From: an uncultured Planctomycetota bacterium
GTDB taxonomy: Bacteria; Planctomycetota; Planctomycetia; Isosphaerales; Isosphaeraceae
Direction: 5' to 3'
Assembly (NCBI GenBank): GCA_963737655.1
Contig: CAVTTN010000002.1
Coordinates: forward strand, 3,808,001-3,872,000
Length of the DNA: 64,000 nucleotides
The notes under the pieces are model-generated. The model worked only from the letters and a program-made list of their open reading frames with translations, was not told the origin of the DNA and made no database searches. Below are positions 1 through 10,287 of the stretch, in pieces. Within the stretch, counting starts at the first letter, position 1, and every line of letters starts with the position of its first letter. The position numbers and the translations under genes were made by a program.

Positions 1-1414
<1,414 letters not shown>

Positions 1415-1433
1415 GATTCGATCCGAGACGATC

Positions 1434-1476
1434 GAAGCGGAGCGGGGGCCGGGATTCCGGCCCCCGTTTCGTTTCC
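1434..1476. terminator. Intrinsic terminator hairpin between groEL and the convergent gene
   Basis: Perfect stem cgggggccgg-gatt-ccggcccccg followed by tttcgtttc, just downstream of the groEL stop. Confidence 0.75.
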
Positions 1477-1484
1477 GTCCCTCC

Positions 1485-2534
1485 TCACGGCGGCGAGAGG
1501 CCCGCGAGGACCCTCGGCGAGAAGGCCACGGCCTTCGCCCTCCTGGCCGAGAACACGAGCGTGACCGTCGCCGTCTGACCGGCCCCGAGCGCGCCCGAGC
1601 CGTCCAGGGGGAGCGTCACGAAGGGACTCCCGGCCGGCGGGCTCGTGCTGGTGGTGCCCGACGGATTCTTGAGGCGGGTTCGGGCCGGGAGCGAGTCCAG
1701 GACGAGCTCGATCGGCCCGGCAATTCCGGCATCGGAGACGTTCTTCACGGAGACCGTCTCGACGAACGCCCGGCCTTTCCGGCGAAGCTTCCCGTGGGCG
1801 ACCGAGACGAGGGTTCCGACGTTCGCGTCGATCGTCTGGGCCAGGCCCGCCGTCGTCGTGCTGGCGAGCGACCGGGGATCTCCGCTGAAGCCGGCGGCCA
1901 GGACGTGGGAACCCGGCGAGAACGTGTGAGACAGGCTCGCGTGGCCCGTCGCATCGACCGGGACGGTCCCGAGGAGCGTCTGGCCGTCGAGGAACGAGAC
2001 GCTCCCGGTCGGCGTCGGCGCCCCGGGGACGGTCGGGGCCACGACGGCGGTGATCGTGACCGGCCTGCCCACGAGTCCGGGGTTCGCCGAGGAGCTCAGC
2101 GTCACGGTCGTCTCGGAGGTCGTCAGGGCCCGCGTGGCGGTTCTCAAGTCCTCGCCGGTGGCGGAGTTGTGGACCGTGATGGTCACGAGATAGCCGTCGG
2201 CGGGCGAGTTGTCGCGATAGGAGTGCGTCCCCTCCAGCGAGAAGTTGAGGAAGTTGCTGTCCGAGATGGAGTGCGGCGGCGTGATGACCGTCCCCTCGGT
2301 CGGCGAGCTGCCGTCGCCCCAGTCGATCGTGGCCGAGAGAGGAGCAGCCGTCTCGTCGAACCCGTGGGTAATCCCGGCGAGATCGACGGTCTGCTCCTGC
2401 CCGACCGGGAGGGAAAGCGGGACCGCGAAGACGCCATAGGTCAGCAATTCGCGGGCCTCGAGCCGCTCCACGCCGGAGCGGACGATTCGGGGGCGGCGGA
2501 GGACCGATCGGGAAGGCCAGCGTACCAGGCGCAT
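1485..2534 (-). CDS. Exported Ig-like (Big_3-type) domain protein with planctomycete LExRxLL motif
   Basis: Basic N-terminus plus VERLEARELL. Contains ATIDWGDGS and the Ig-like signature TTVTLSSSANP...PTGSVSFLDG.TLLGT...GSH.L.A.FSGD. Confidence 0.85.
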   Translation of the reverse strand: MRLVRWPSRSVLRRPRIVRSGVERLEARELLTYGVFAVPLSLPVGQEQTVDLAGITHGFDETAAPLSATIDWGDGSSPTEGTVITPPHSISDSNFLNFSLEGTHSYRDNSPADGYLVTITVHNSATGEDLRTATRALTTSETTVTLSSSANPGLVGRPVTITAVVAPTVPGAPTPTGSVSFLDGQTLLGTVPVDATGHASLSHTFSPGSHVLAAGFSGDPRSLASTTTAGLAQTIDANVGTLVSVAHGKLRRKGRAFVETVSVKNVSDAGIAGPIELVLDSLPARTRLKNPSGTTSTSPPAGSPFVTLPLDGSGALGAGQTATVTLVFSARRAKAVAFSPRVLAGLSPP

Positions 2535-2662
2535 CGGAGGGTCTCCCTGCGGGAGGACGAGCCGGACCCGTCCCGTGGGGTCGAGTCCGGCCTGGGGGGG
2601 GAATGGACCGGAGACGGCGGAGGCGGGCCCGGGCCCGGCCTGGAGCTTCGAGGGGTCGCGGA

Positions 2663-4819
2663 TCAGGGCTGAGTGACCCCGGCGAGGACCCTCGGGGTAT
2701 ACGTGATGTTCTTCGCCTTCCTCGACGTGAACTCCAGGGTCACCGACGCGGTTTGACCGGCCCCGAACGAGCCGGCGCCCCCGAGCGGCACCGTCACATA
2801 CGGGCTTCCGGTCGGGGCGTTCTGCTGGGTCGTCCCGGAAACGTTCACCAGGCGGACCAGCGAGTTGAGGTTGTCCAGGACGAAGCTCACCGGCGCCGAG
2901 ATGGCATTGCTGGACGTGTTCTTGAGCGTGACCGTCTGGACCCAGTACTTGCCCTTCCTCTTGATCTTGCTCAGGGACACGGCCACGAGGGTCGAGACGT
3001 CGGCCTTGACCGTCTGGGTCACGGCCGTCGCGGTGGTCGAGGGCGAGGAGGCCGAATCGCCCGAATAGACCGCGGTGATCGAGTGCGAGCCGGGGGAGAG
3101 CGTCGTCGTGAGCGAGGCCACGCCCGACGAGCCGACGCCGACGGTGCCGATCACCGTCGAGCCATCCAGGAACGTGACGGTCCCCGTGGGGCCCGGGGCG
3201 GCGACCGACGCCGGGGCGACGGCCGCCGTGAGCGTGATCGGCTGGCCGGCGAGGCTGGGGTTCGTCGAGCTCGTCAGGGTCAGGGTGGTCGTCCCCTTGG
3301 TGATGCTCGCCGTGTTCACGACGGCCGTGGCCGATCCTCCGAACGAGTTGATCGTGGTCACGACCGGCTCGAACCCGGCCGAGGCATACGTGTTCGTCCC
3401 CGAGACGTTGAACCCGCCCTGCCCGTTGGCCTGGATGGTCGCGGCCGAGATGTGGCCGTCTCCCCAGTTGATCGTGGCGTAATAGTCGTTCGGAGAGGCC
3501 CCGGGATTGGCCGAGCTGAACGTGGCCACCACCCCCGAGAACGGGGCGCCGACGGTCGTCCCGATGGTCGCGACGGTCGGGTTCGTCCCGGGCGCCCCGG
3601 GGACCACGGCCGGGCCATTGGCCAGGGGGACGGGTTCGCCGTAGACGAAATCGTCGGCCGAGACGAGGTTCGTCCCGTTCTTGCCATCGACGGCCGAGCC
3701 CGAGGTGAATGTGGTCCCGTTGAACGAGAACAGGGCGTCGGTCCCGACGAAGATCGAGACCCTCGTGACGATCGGGTTGGTGAACAGCTCGCCGACGAAC
3801 TCCGGCGAGGCCGAGGCGCCCACCGGGGCGTAGATCGTCCCCAGCGGCGTGTTGCCGGCGAAATACTCGATGCCCGAGGTCCCGGCCTGCGAGACGTTCA
3901 GGAAGACGACGCCGATCCCCCGGGTCGCCGCGGCGGCCGGGGCCGACCCGGGCGCGCCGGGCGTCACGAACTGGACGCCGATCGTCGGGGTCGAGAGCGC
4001 CGGATTGTTCATCGGCGCGACCGTGTTCATCGGGCTGAACGCGGGCAGGAGCCCGGTGGCCTTGGGATCGACGATCGTGAACCCGTCATCGCTGACGGCC
4101 AGGGCCGAATCGAAGAAGACCCCCCGGGCCTGGAAGCGGTCCTGGGGGATCGCGACGGTGCTCCCCGGCGCGATCACGGTGGTCTTGCCGCCGGCCACGG
4201 AGTCCGTGCCGTCGAGGGTCACGCCGTCCCAGGTGATCGTCCGCGAGCCGCCGGCCTGAGGGGCGGCGGTCGCCCCGTTGTCCGAGCCTCCGAGCGTCGC
4301 CTTGAAGTTGGCGATCGTCGCCGCCACGTTCGCCGTCCCCACGGCCGAGAACTGCATCGGCACGCCCGGCGCCAGCGGATTGCCCGGCGAGATCGCCGCA
4401 TCGGCCACGTAGGCGGACGTCGCCGCGACCTGGTCCAGGTCGTTCTTGGCGTCGTGGACCGCGATCCCCACGGGGTAGCCGTTGTAGAAGGAGAAACGGC
4501 TATAGGTATGCGATCCCTGGACCGTGAACGTGCCCGGGGTGGTGGTGGCCACGATCGTCCCGGCCGAGGCGGCGGTGCCGTCTCCCCAGGCGATCGTGGC
4601 GGAGAGGTCGGTGGCGGCGACGGTGGGGTCGTCGTCGATCACCGTGGCCAGGTTCACCGTCTGGCTGACCCCCTCGGGGACGCTGATCGGGATCGGGGTG
4701 ACCGTGAGGGTCGCCAGCAAGGCCCGACCCTCCATCCGCTCCACGCCCGCCAGGAACCCAGGGCGCCGCCTCCTCGGCGTCCTCGCCGCGATCGGCTTGC
4801 GATTTTGAGTTCGGAACAT
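2663..4819 (-). CDS. Exported multi-domain Ig-like protein with LExRxLL motif; paralog of the downstream gene
   Basis: ATG at 4819 has an AGGAG-like RBS. Contains VERMEGRALL, two ATIxWGDG modules, a Big_3-like domain and the C-terminal module shared with 1485..2534. Confidence 0.85.
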   Translation of the reverse strand: MFRTQNRKPIAARTPRRRRPGFLAGVERMEGRALLATLTVTPIPISVPEGVSQTVNLATVIDDDPTVAATDLSATIAWGDGTAASAGTIVATTTPGTFTVQGSHTYSRFSFYNGYPVGIAVHDAKNDLDQVAATSAYVADAAISPGNPLAPGVPMQFSAVGTANVAATIANFKATLGGSDNGATAAPQAGGSRTITWDGVTLDGTDSVAGGKTTVIAPGSTVAIPQDRFQARGVFFDSALAVSDDGFTIVDPKATGLLPAFSPMNTVAPMNNPALSTPTIGVQFVTPGAPGSAPAAAATRGIGVVFLNVSQAGTSGIEYFAGNTPLGTIYAPVGASASPEFVGELFTNPIVTRVSIFVGTDALFSFNGTTFTSGSAVDGKNGTNLVSADDFVYGEPVPLANGPAVVPGAPGTNPTVATIGTTVGAPFSGVVATFSSANPGASPNDYYATINWGDGHISAATIQANGQGGFNVSGTNTYASAGFEPVVTTINSFGGSATAVVNTASITKGTTTLTLTSSTNPSLAGQPITLTAAVAPASVAAPGPTGTVTFLDGSTVIGTVGVGSSGVASLTTTLSPGSHSITAVYSGDSASSPSTTATAVTQTVKADVSTLVAVSLSKIKRKGKYWVQTVTLKNTSSNAISAPVSFVLDNLNSLVRLVNVSGTTQQNAPTGSPYVTVPLGGAGSFGAGQTASVTLEFTSRKAKNITYTPRVLAGVTQP

Positions 4820-5057
4820 GTCTGTTCTCCTGGATCGAACCATCCGGCCTGGGACCGCGACGGCCCTCGTGGCCACCTCGGCGAATCGTGTCGGACCCTC
4901 CGGGCGCGACCCTTGCGCCCGTCTCGTGTACCTAGTTTGAGTCTTTCACGGATGGACCGCAAGCCCCTACCTCGCCCGCGCGACAAAATCGCCTAATCTC
5001 CCCAGATTGACACTCCCACGGGGCAGACGAGGCCCGATTTGCGAAGAATCCGGGGGC

Positions 5058-5825
5058 TCAAGGGGACGATTCGGGAGGGGCGTCGGTCGCCCGGGGCACG
5101 ATCAGCCGGGTCGGCCCGGCGGACCGGTAGCGGATGGCGGCCGGGGCCGTGATCCCTCCCGAGAGGATGATCTGGAGGGCTTCCTGGACGGTCCAGTCCA
5201 CGTCGATGACCTCGGCCTCGGGCACGAACAGGGTGAACCCGGCCGGAGGCATCATCCCGGTCACGACCCACACGCAGAGGATCGCCCGGCCGGTGTCCGA
5301 ATCGGTCAGGGACCGCGTCACCAGGGCCAGCGCCTTCGTGCCGGGATGGGGGAACTCGACCAGGACGACCCTCTTGAACGTGGGGCCGCCCCCGGGCCGG
5401 GCGAGCCCCTGGAACACGTTCCTCACGGCCTTGTAAATGATCGTGACGACCGGGAGCCGCAGCAGCACCCAGTCGAACGCCATCGAGAGCTTGGTCCTCA
5501 CGAAGTAGCCGAGAAAATAGAGGAAGACCACGGCCAGGATGATCGCGAGGAGCGGCGAGGCATACGTGTTCCACCACGGCGGCAACGGCCCCTGGGTGTA
5601 ATGCCCGGCCACCTTGCGGACCAGCTCGGCCGCCGGGTTCAGGAAGACGGACTGGAACGTGGAATAGATCCAGTAGATGATCCAGATCGTGATGACGATC
5701 GGCAGCATGAAGACCAGGCCGCCGATGATCCGGTCGCGGAAGGCGGCGAACGGGTCGGCGGGCTTGAGGGCGATCTCGGGGAGGCTGGGCGGCTTCGGCG
5801 GGGCCGGCGTTTCGAGCGGTTCCAC
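5058..5825 (-). CDS. DUF502 family membrane protein
   Basis: Two hydrophobic helices, followed by RLPVV..IYKAVR, FKRVVLVEFP and P..GFTLFVP...IDVDWTV.EAL..ILSGG. Confidence 0.85.
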   Translation of the reverse strand: MEPLETPAPPKPPSLPEIALKPADPFAAFRDRIIGGLVFMLPIVITIWIIYWIYSTFQSVFLNPAAELVRKVAGHYTQGPLPPWWNTYASPLLAIILAVVFLYFLGYFVRTKLSMAFDWVLLRLPVVTIIYKAVRNVFQGLARPGGGPTFKRVVLVEFPHPGTKALALVTRSLTDSDTGRAILCVWVVTGMMPPAGFTLFVPEAEVIDVDWTVQEALQIILSGGITAPAAIRYRSAGPTRLIVPRATDAPPESSP

Positions 5826-6008
5826 GAGCGATCTCCAGCAGAGACGTGAGGGGGATCGACCAGACTAGCCTCGCCAACCGCGACCCACAACCGTTCGACT
5901 CGCCGCGCGCGCGGAATCCTCGCATCGGGGCGGCGTTCCCGATAGACTCGGGCCCTCCGATTCGCGACGATCCCGGCCGCCCCCCGACCCGAGAGAGCAG
6001 CGACGCCC

Positions 6009-7028
6009 ATGAGGAGCCAGGCGAAGACGGCCGAGATCGGCGGAGTGACCCTCCACCTCGCCTCGCCCGACCCGACCGAGGAGGGTTGGATCGGCCAGGA
6101 CGCGGTCCTCAAGCAGCTTTTGGCCTGCTGGATCGTGGTCGATCCGAGGGACCGGCCGCTCTCCCCGCGGTTGATCGGCCCTCCGGGGATCGGCAAGACC
6201 ACCCTGGCCACCGCCGCCGCCAGGCTCCGCCGCCAGCCGCTCTACATCAACCAGTGCACGGCCGACACCCGGCCCGAAGACCTGCTCGTCACGCCCGTCC
6301 TGGCCGAGTCCGGCAAGATCGCCTATCACGCCTCGCCCCTGGTCTCCGCCATGATCGCCGGGGGCGTGTGCGTCCTCGACGAGGGGAACCGGATGAACGA
6401 GAAGTCGTGGGCGAGCCTGGCCCCCCTGCTCGACCATCGCCGCTATGTCGAGAGCGTGGTCGCCGGGATCAACGTCCCCGCCCATCCCCACTTCCGCTGC
6501 TGCGTGACGATGAATGAGGACGAATCGACGTATGAGGTGCCCGATTACATCCTGTCGAGGCTCCAGCCCACGCTGACCCTGGGCTTCCCCGACCGCGACG
6601 ACGAGATGGCGATCCTGAAATATCACCTCCCGTTCGCCGAGGAAGACCTGCTGGCGCTCACGGTCGAGTTCCTCCAGCAGGCCCACGAATTGAAGCTCGA
6701 CTTCTCGCCGAGGGACGGGATCAACCTGCTCCGGTTCGCCATCAAGAGGATGGCGCAGGACCCCGACCACCCGCTCGCCCGCGACGACGCCTGGCACGAG
6801 GCGCTGATGTGCGTCCTGGGGGACGACGCCGCCGACCTCGACGAGCTCGCCCGACGGAGGCGCCGCGCCCTGGGCGGCCAGCACTCGCCGATGGGCCTGG
6901 GCGACCTGTTCTTCGACCCCGGCGACCCCATGCACCCGGACGCCGACGAAACGGGCGATGAGGACGACGAGGACGAGGACAAGGACGAGGACGAGGACGA
7001 GGACGACGGGGACGAGGACACGGACTGA
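6009..7028 (+). CDS. MoxR-like/AAA_5 AAA+ ATPase with acidic tail
   Basis: Walker A GPPGIGKT, Walker [10 protein letters not shown], sensor-1 TMN, arginine-finger region ILSRL, and a D/E-rich C-terminus. Confidence 0.9.
   Translation: MRSQAKTAEIGGVTLHLASPDPTEEGWIGQDAVLKQLLACWIVVDPRDRPLSPRLIGPPGIGKTTLATAAARLRRQPLYINQCTADTRPEDLLVTPVLAESGKIAYHASPLVSAMIAGGVCVLDEGNRMNEKSWASLAPLLDHRRYVESVVAGINVPAHPHFRCCVTMNEDESTYEVPDYILSRLQPTLTLGFPDRDDEMAILKYHLPFAEEDLLALTVEFLQQAHELKLDFSPRDGINLLRFAIKRMAQDPDHPLARDDAWHEALMCVLGDDAADLDELARRRRRALGGQHSPMGLGDLFFDPGDPMHPDADETGDEDDEDEDKDEDEDEDDGDEDTD
6957..7024 (+). repeat. Imperfect (GACGAG)n tract encoding the Asp/Glu tail
   Basis: gatgaggacgacgaggacgaggacaaggacgaggacgaggacgaggacgac... 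Confidence 0.8.
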
Positions 7029-7033
7029 CGCCG

Positions 7034-8899
7034 ATGGCACGAGACCGCGAAAATCCGTCGGGGGCCGACGCCTTCCTCGCCATCGGGCCGAGGATTCGCG
7101 TCCTGCCGATCGTCCACGGCTCGGGCGATTTCGCGATCCTCGCCCGGGAGGAATTGCTCGCGCGCCCGTATGATTGCCTGGCCGTGCCGTTGCCGCCCTC
7201 GTTCCAGGAGGACGTGGAGGAGGCGATCGAGCGGCTCCCCGTGGTCTCGGCCGTCCTCCAGCCCGACGCCGACGGCGAATCCGACGGGTTCAGCTATGTT
7301 CCCATCGACCCGTGTCAGGGGGTGATCGCGGCGATCCGGACGGCGATCGGCGAACGCATCCCCCGGGCGTTCATCGACCTGGAAACGCCGCGATTCGAGG
7401 CCCGCCACGCCGTCTTCCCCGACCCGTACGCCCTGAAGAAGGCGCGGCCCGAGGTGTTCGCCGCCGCCGTCCTGCCCGCGATCCCCCCGCCCGACCCGGG
7501 CCAGCCGGCCGACCGCGTCGCGTGGATGGCCGCCAGGCTCCGCGACCTGGAAACGCGGCATCGCTCCGTCCTGTTCCTCTGCTCGCTCCTGGATTGGCCC
7601 TGGATCCGGGACGCCTACAACCGACGCGTCGAGGTCGAGGCGCCCGAGCCGTTCTTCGCGCCGTTGAAGACGTTCGACGTCGATCCGAGGACCCTCCTCT
7701 TCCTCCTGGGCGAGCTGCCGTTCCTCACCGGCCTCTATGAGCGAGGGCGCCGCGAGCTGACGCCCGACGAGAACCTGTCGGTGGACGGGGTGAAGGAGAT
7801 GATCCTCGAGGCGAGGGAACGCCTGAAGGCCGAACATCCGAGGGTCGCGACGCGGTTGACCCCGCAACTGCTTTCCGTGTTCATTCGCTACGTGCGAAAC
7901 CTGTCGTTGATGGAACGCAGGCTGACGCCCGACCTGTACTCCCTGGTCGTCGCGGCGAAGCAGACGGCCGGGGACGACTTCGCCCTGGCCGTCGCCGAGA
8001 TCGCCCGGACGTATCCGCATCCCCCGAAGCCGAGGAGTCGTCGGCCCAGGATCCGGATGGGGACCGATCGGGCGGACGTCCCCGGGTTCGGCCCGTCGGC
8101 GATGGTCTGCCGGCTCCCGGGCCAGGCCCTCCACTGGAGGACCGTGGAACTCCGGCCCAAGCCGCCCGAGCCGGAGAAGAAGCGCTGGAGGCAGCGGTGG
8201 GACCCCTACGGGATGTGCTCCTGGCCGCCCGAAGACGACCGGATCGAGAGCTTCCAGAAGCACGTCCGCGACCAGGCCCAGGCCCTGATCGGCGCGGACC
8301 TCGCGCGCTCGGAGAAGTTCACGTCGAGCGTGATGGACGGCATCGACCTCCGCGAGACCCTGCGGAACTGGCACACCGGCGACCTGTACGTGAAGGTGAT
8401 CCCGCCCGATCGCGGGTCGATCGAGGCGGTCGTCTTCCTGTTCGACTCGCCGGCCGACCCGGCGAAGTACGTGAACCGGGCGACCTGGTTCGCCGAGCAC
8501 TCGGAGGAATCCACGCTCGCCTTCTTCGCCACCGACGGCTTCGCCGACATGGTCGGGCCCGGGATCGCTCGGGCCGAATACGGAGGCGCCTCGTTCCTGT
8601 TCCCTCCCCGGGCGATCCCCGACATCTGGTCCGACCCCTCGCTCGACTTCACCACGACCCTGGAGGAGCGGTTGATCGCCGGGGCGATGCTCCACAGCCG
8701 CGATCGTCACGTCGCGGTCGTCAGCGCGAGGCCCCCGCTGGCGTCGTGGCGGAGGATCGGCCGGAGGCTCGGGCGCAAGATCATCCACCTGCCCCTGAAG
8801 CGGTTCAGCGGCCAGTTGCTCGAACGATTGAGGACGTTTCACATCCTCAACGGCAAGCAGATCCGCTCCTATGCCGCCGACTACATCCGCGATGCGTGA
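7034..8899 (+). CDS. Conserved hypothetical protein, probable partner of the AAA+ ATPase
   Basis: 621-aa globular ORF with typical GC3 bias, starting 5 nt after the ATPase stop. Confidence 0.8.
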   Translation: MARDRENPSGADAFLAIGPRIRVLPIVHGSGDFAILAREELLARPYDCLAVPLPPSFQEDVEEAIERLPVVSAVLQPDADGESDGFSYVPIDPCQGVIAAIRTAIGERIPRAFIDLETPRFEARHAVFPDPYALKKARPEVFAAAVLPAIPPPDPGQPADRVAWMAARLRDLETRHRSVLFLCSLLDWPWIRDAYNRRVEVEAPEPFFAPLKTFDVDPRTLLFLLGELPFLTGLYERGRRELTPDENLSVDGVKEMILEARERLKAEHPRVATRLTPQLLSVFIRYVRNLSLMERRLTPDLYSLVVAAKQTAGDDFALAVAEIARTYPHPPKPRSRRPRIRMGTDRADVPGFGPSAMVCRLPGQALHWRTVELRPKPPEPEKKRWRQRWDPYGMCSWPPEDDRIESFQKHVRDQAQALIGADLARSEKFTSSVMDGIDLRETLRNWHTGDLYVKVIPPDRGSIEAVVFLFDSPADPAKYVNRATWFAEHSEESTLAFFATDGFADMVGPGIARAEYGGASFLFPPRAIPDIWSDPSLDFTTTLEERLIAGAMLHSRDRHVAVVSARPPLASWRRIGRRLGRKIIHLPLKRFSGQLLERLRTFHILNGKQIRSYAADYIRDA

Positions 8900-8932
8900 A
8901 AAATCGACGAATCGAACATTCGGAGCCCGGAA

Positions 8933-9937
8933 ATGATGCTCATTCCCGCCCTCGCGGCCGCCCTGGCGATCGCCGGCGAGGGGCCGACCGTGCTCTCCGC
9001 CCCGAAATTCGGGCTGAAGGTCGAGGTCCCTTCGGAATGGAAGGTCGTCTCGCGAGAGTCGGGGGACCGCGTGTTCGTGGCGACGATCTCGCAGGCCGAT
9101 CCCGACCGCCCCGGAGTCGTCGCCTGCGAGATCGCCGTCGGGCCCGAGAACCTGGAGGAGTATCGGACCCGGATCGACGCCTCCGCGAAACGTCCCGGAT
9201 CGCCAGGGACGCTCGTCCGCAACGAGGTCCTCAAGACGCCCGAGGGCGACCGATTGGAGACGCTCAAGGAGTTCCGCCCGTCGCCGGCTTCGCTCTGGAA
9301 GGAGCGGAGCGTGAGGACGATCAAGAATCGGCAACTGTACACGTTCATCCTGAACGCCGAGGCCGCCGCCTTCGAATCGGCCGCCCCGAAATTCGAGGCG
9401 ATGATCGCGACGGCCGCGTTCTCGCCGCCGAACACGGGGGCGAAGCTCGCCGATCGCGCGTCGAATCGGTGGGTCCAGGAGGAATTCCGATTCGCCCTGG
9501 ACCTCCCCGAAGGCTGGAGGCCGGTCCTGGCGCCCGACGAGGTGGCGTTGCTGTTCGCGAACGGGCCGCCCCAGGGGATCTGGTCGGACAACCTGCTCGT
9601 CCTGGCCAGGAAGAAGGCGGCGAGAGACCTGAACGCGATGGCCGAGGCGTTCCCGGACCTCCTCCGCCAGGCCGACCCCCAGTGCGAGGTCGTCGCCTGT
9701 CGGGTGGTCAAGGCCGGCGATCGCGACGCCCTGGAAACGATCGTCCGAACCAGGCGAGGGCCGTTTTCGATGACCATCCTGGAGCGCCGATTCTCGACGG
9801 ATCGGTTCGACTACGAGGCCAAGTTCACGGTCGAAACCAAGCGGTTCGAGGCCCTCGCGCCCGCCCTCCGCAAGAGCCTGGACAGCTTCGCCGAGACACC
9901 CGGCGAGGTGGACGCGGGGCCGGGCAAGGCGGGGTGA
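8933..9937 (+). CDS. Exported hypothetical protein with two tandem PsbP-like domains
   Basis: Signal-like N-terminus (MMLIPALAAALAIAG). Internal repeat KFGLKVEVPSEWKV / EFRFALDLPEGWRP. Confidence 0.7.
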   Translation: MMLIPALAAALAIAGEGPTVLSAPKFGLKVEVPSEWKVVSRESGDRVFVATISQADPDRPGVVACEIAVGPENLEEYRTRIDASAKRPGSPGTLVRNEVLKTPEGDRLETLKEFRPSPASLWKERSVRTIKNRQLYTFILNAEAAAFESAAPKFEAMIATAAFSPPNTGAKLADRASNRWVQEEFRFALDLPEGWRPVLAPDEVALLFANGPPQGIWSDNLLVLARKKAARDLNAMAEAFPDLLRQADPQCEVVACRVVKAGDRDALETIVRTRRGPFSMTILERRFSTDRFDYEAKFTVETKRFEALAPALRKSLDSFAETPGEVDAGPGKAG

Positions 9938-10049
9938 GGGGACCTCTTGCGGAGGTTTCATCCTGGATGGCACGGGGGCCGTCCTCGGAATCCGTGCCAC
10001 CACGAATGCTTCGAAAGTGCGCTGTCGGAAACCCCTTCGAAGCATCCAT

Positions 10050-10124
10050 ACGAGTAGGTCCGACTTCAGTCGGGCCTGCAAGATCCCTTGTTTCATAGGC
10101 CCGACTGAAGTCGGACCTACTCGT
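10050..10124. repeat. REP doublet (REPIN-like): 28-bp perfect inverted repeat of a GTAG-type REP
   Basis: acgagtaggtccgacttcagtcgggcct (10050-10077) and its exact reverse complement (10097-10124). Each arm has GTAG followed by the palindrome CCGACT-TC-AGTCGG. Confidence 0.85.
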
Positions 10125-10287
10125 TTCCTCATTCTCCAAGGGGTTTTCTCCGGGGAACTTCAAAAGTATCTTCCACCGAGGCGGAAAACGGCCTGCCCGC
10201 GCCGGCTGGGGCGCTGCATGATCGGGCCACCTTGCTTAGAATGATCGGACGGAGACCGAAGCGACCGCAACGGGACGACGGAGCGTC

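Noticed and set aside
6009..8899. AAA+ pair as an McrBC-type restriction system
   Set aside because: There is no McrB NxxD signature (it reads MNEDES) and no PD-(D/E)xK motif recognised in the partner. Codon usage is native.
6623..10132. 1169-aa minus-strand ORF
   Set aside because: It is the antisense shadow of three well-formed plus-strand genes, with Arg/Gly/Pro-rich composition typical of high-GC off-frames.
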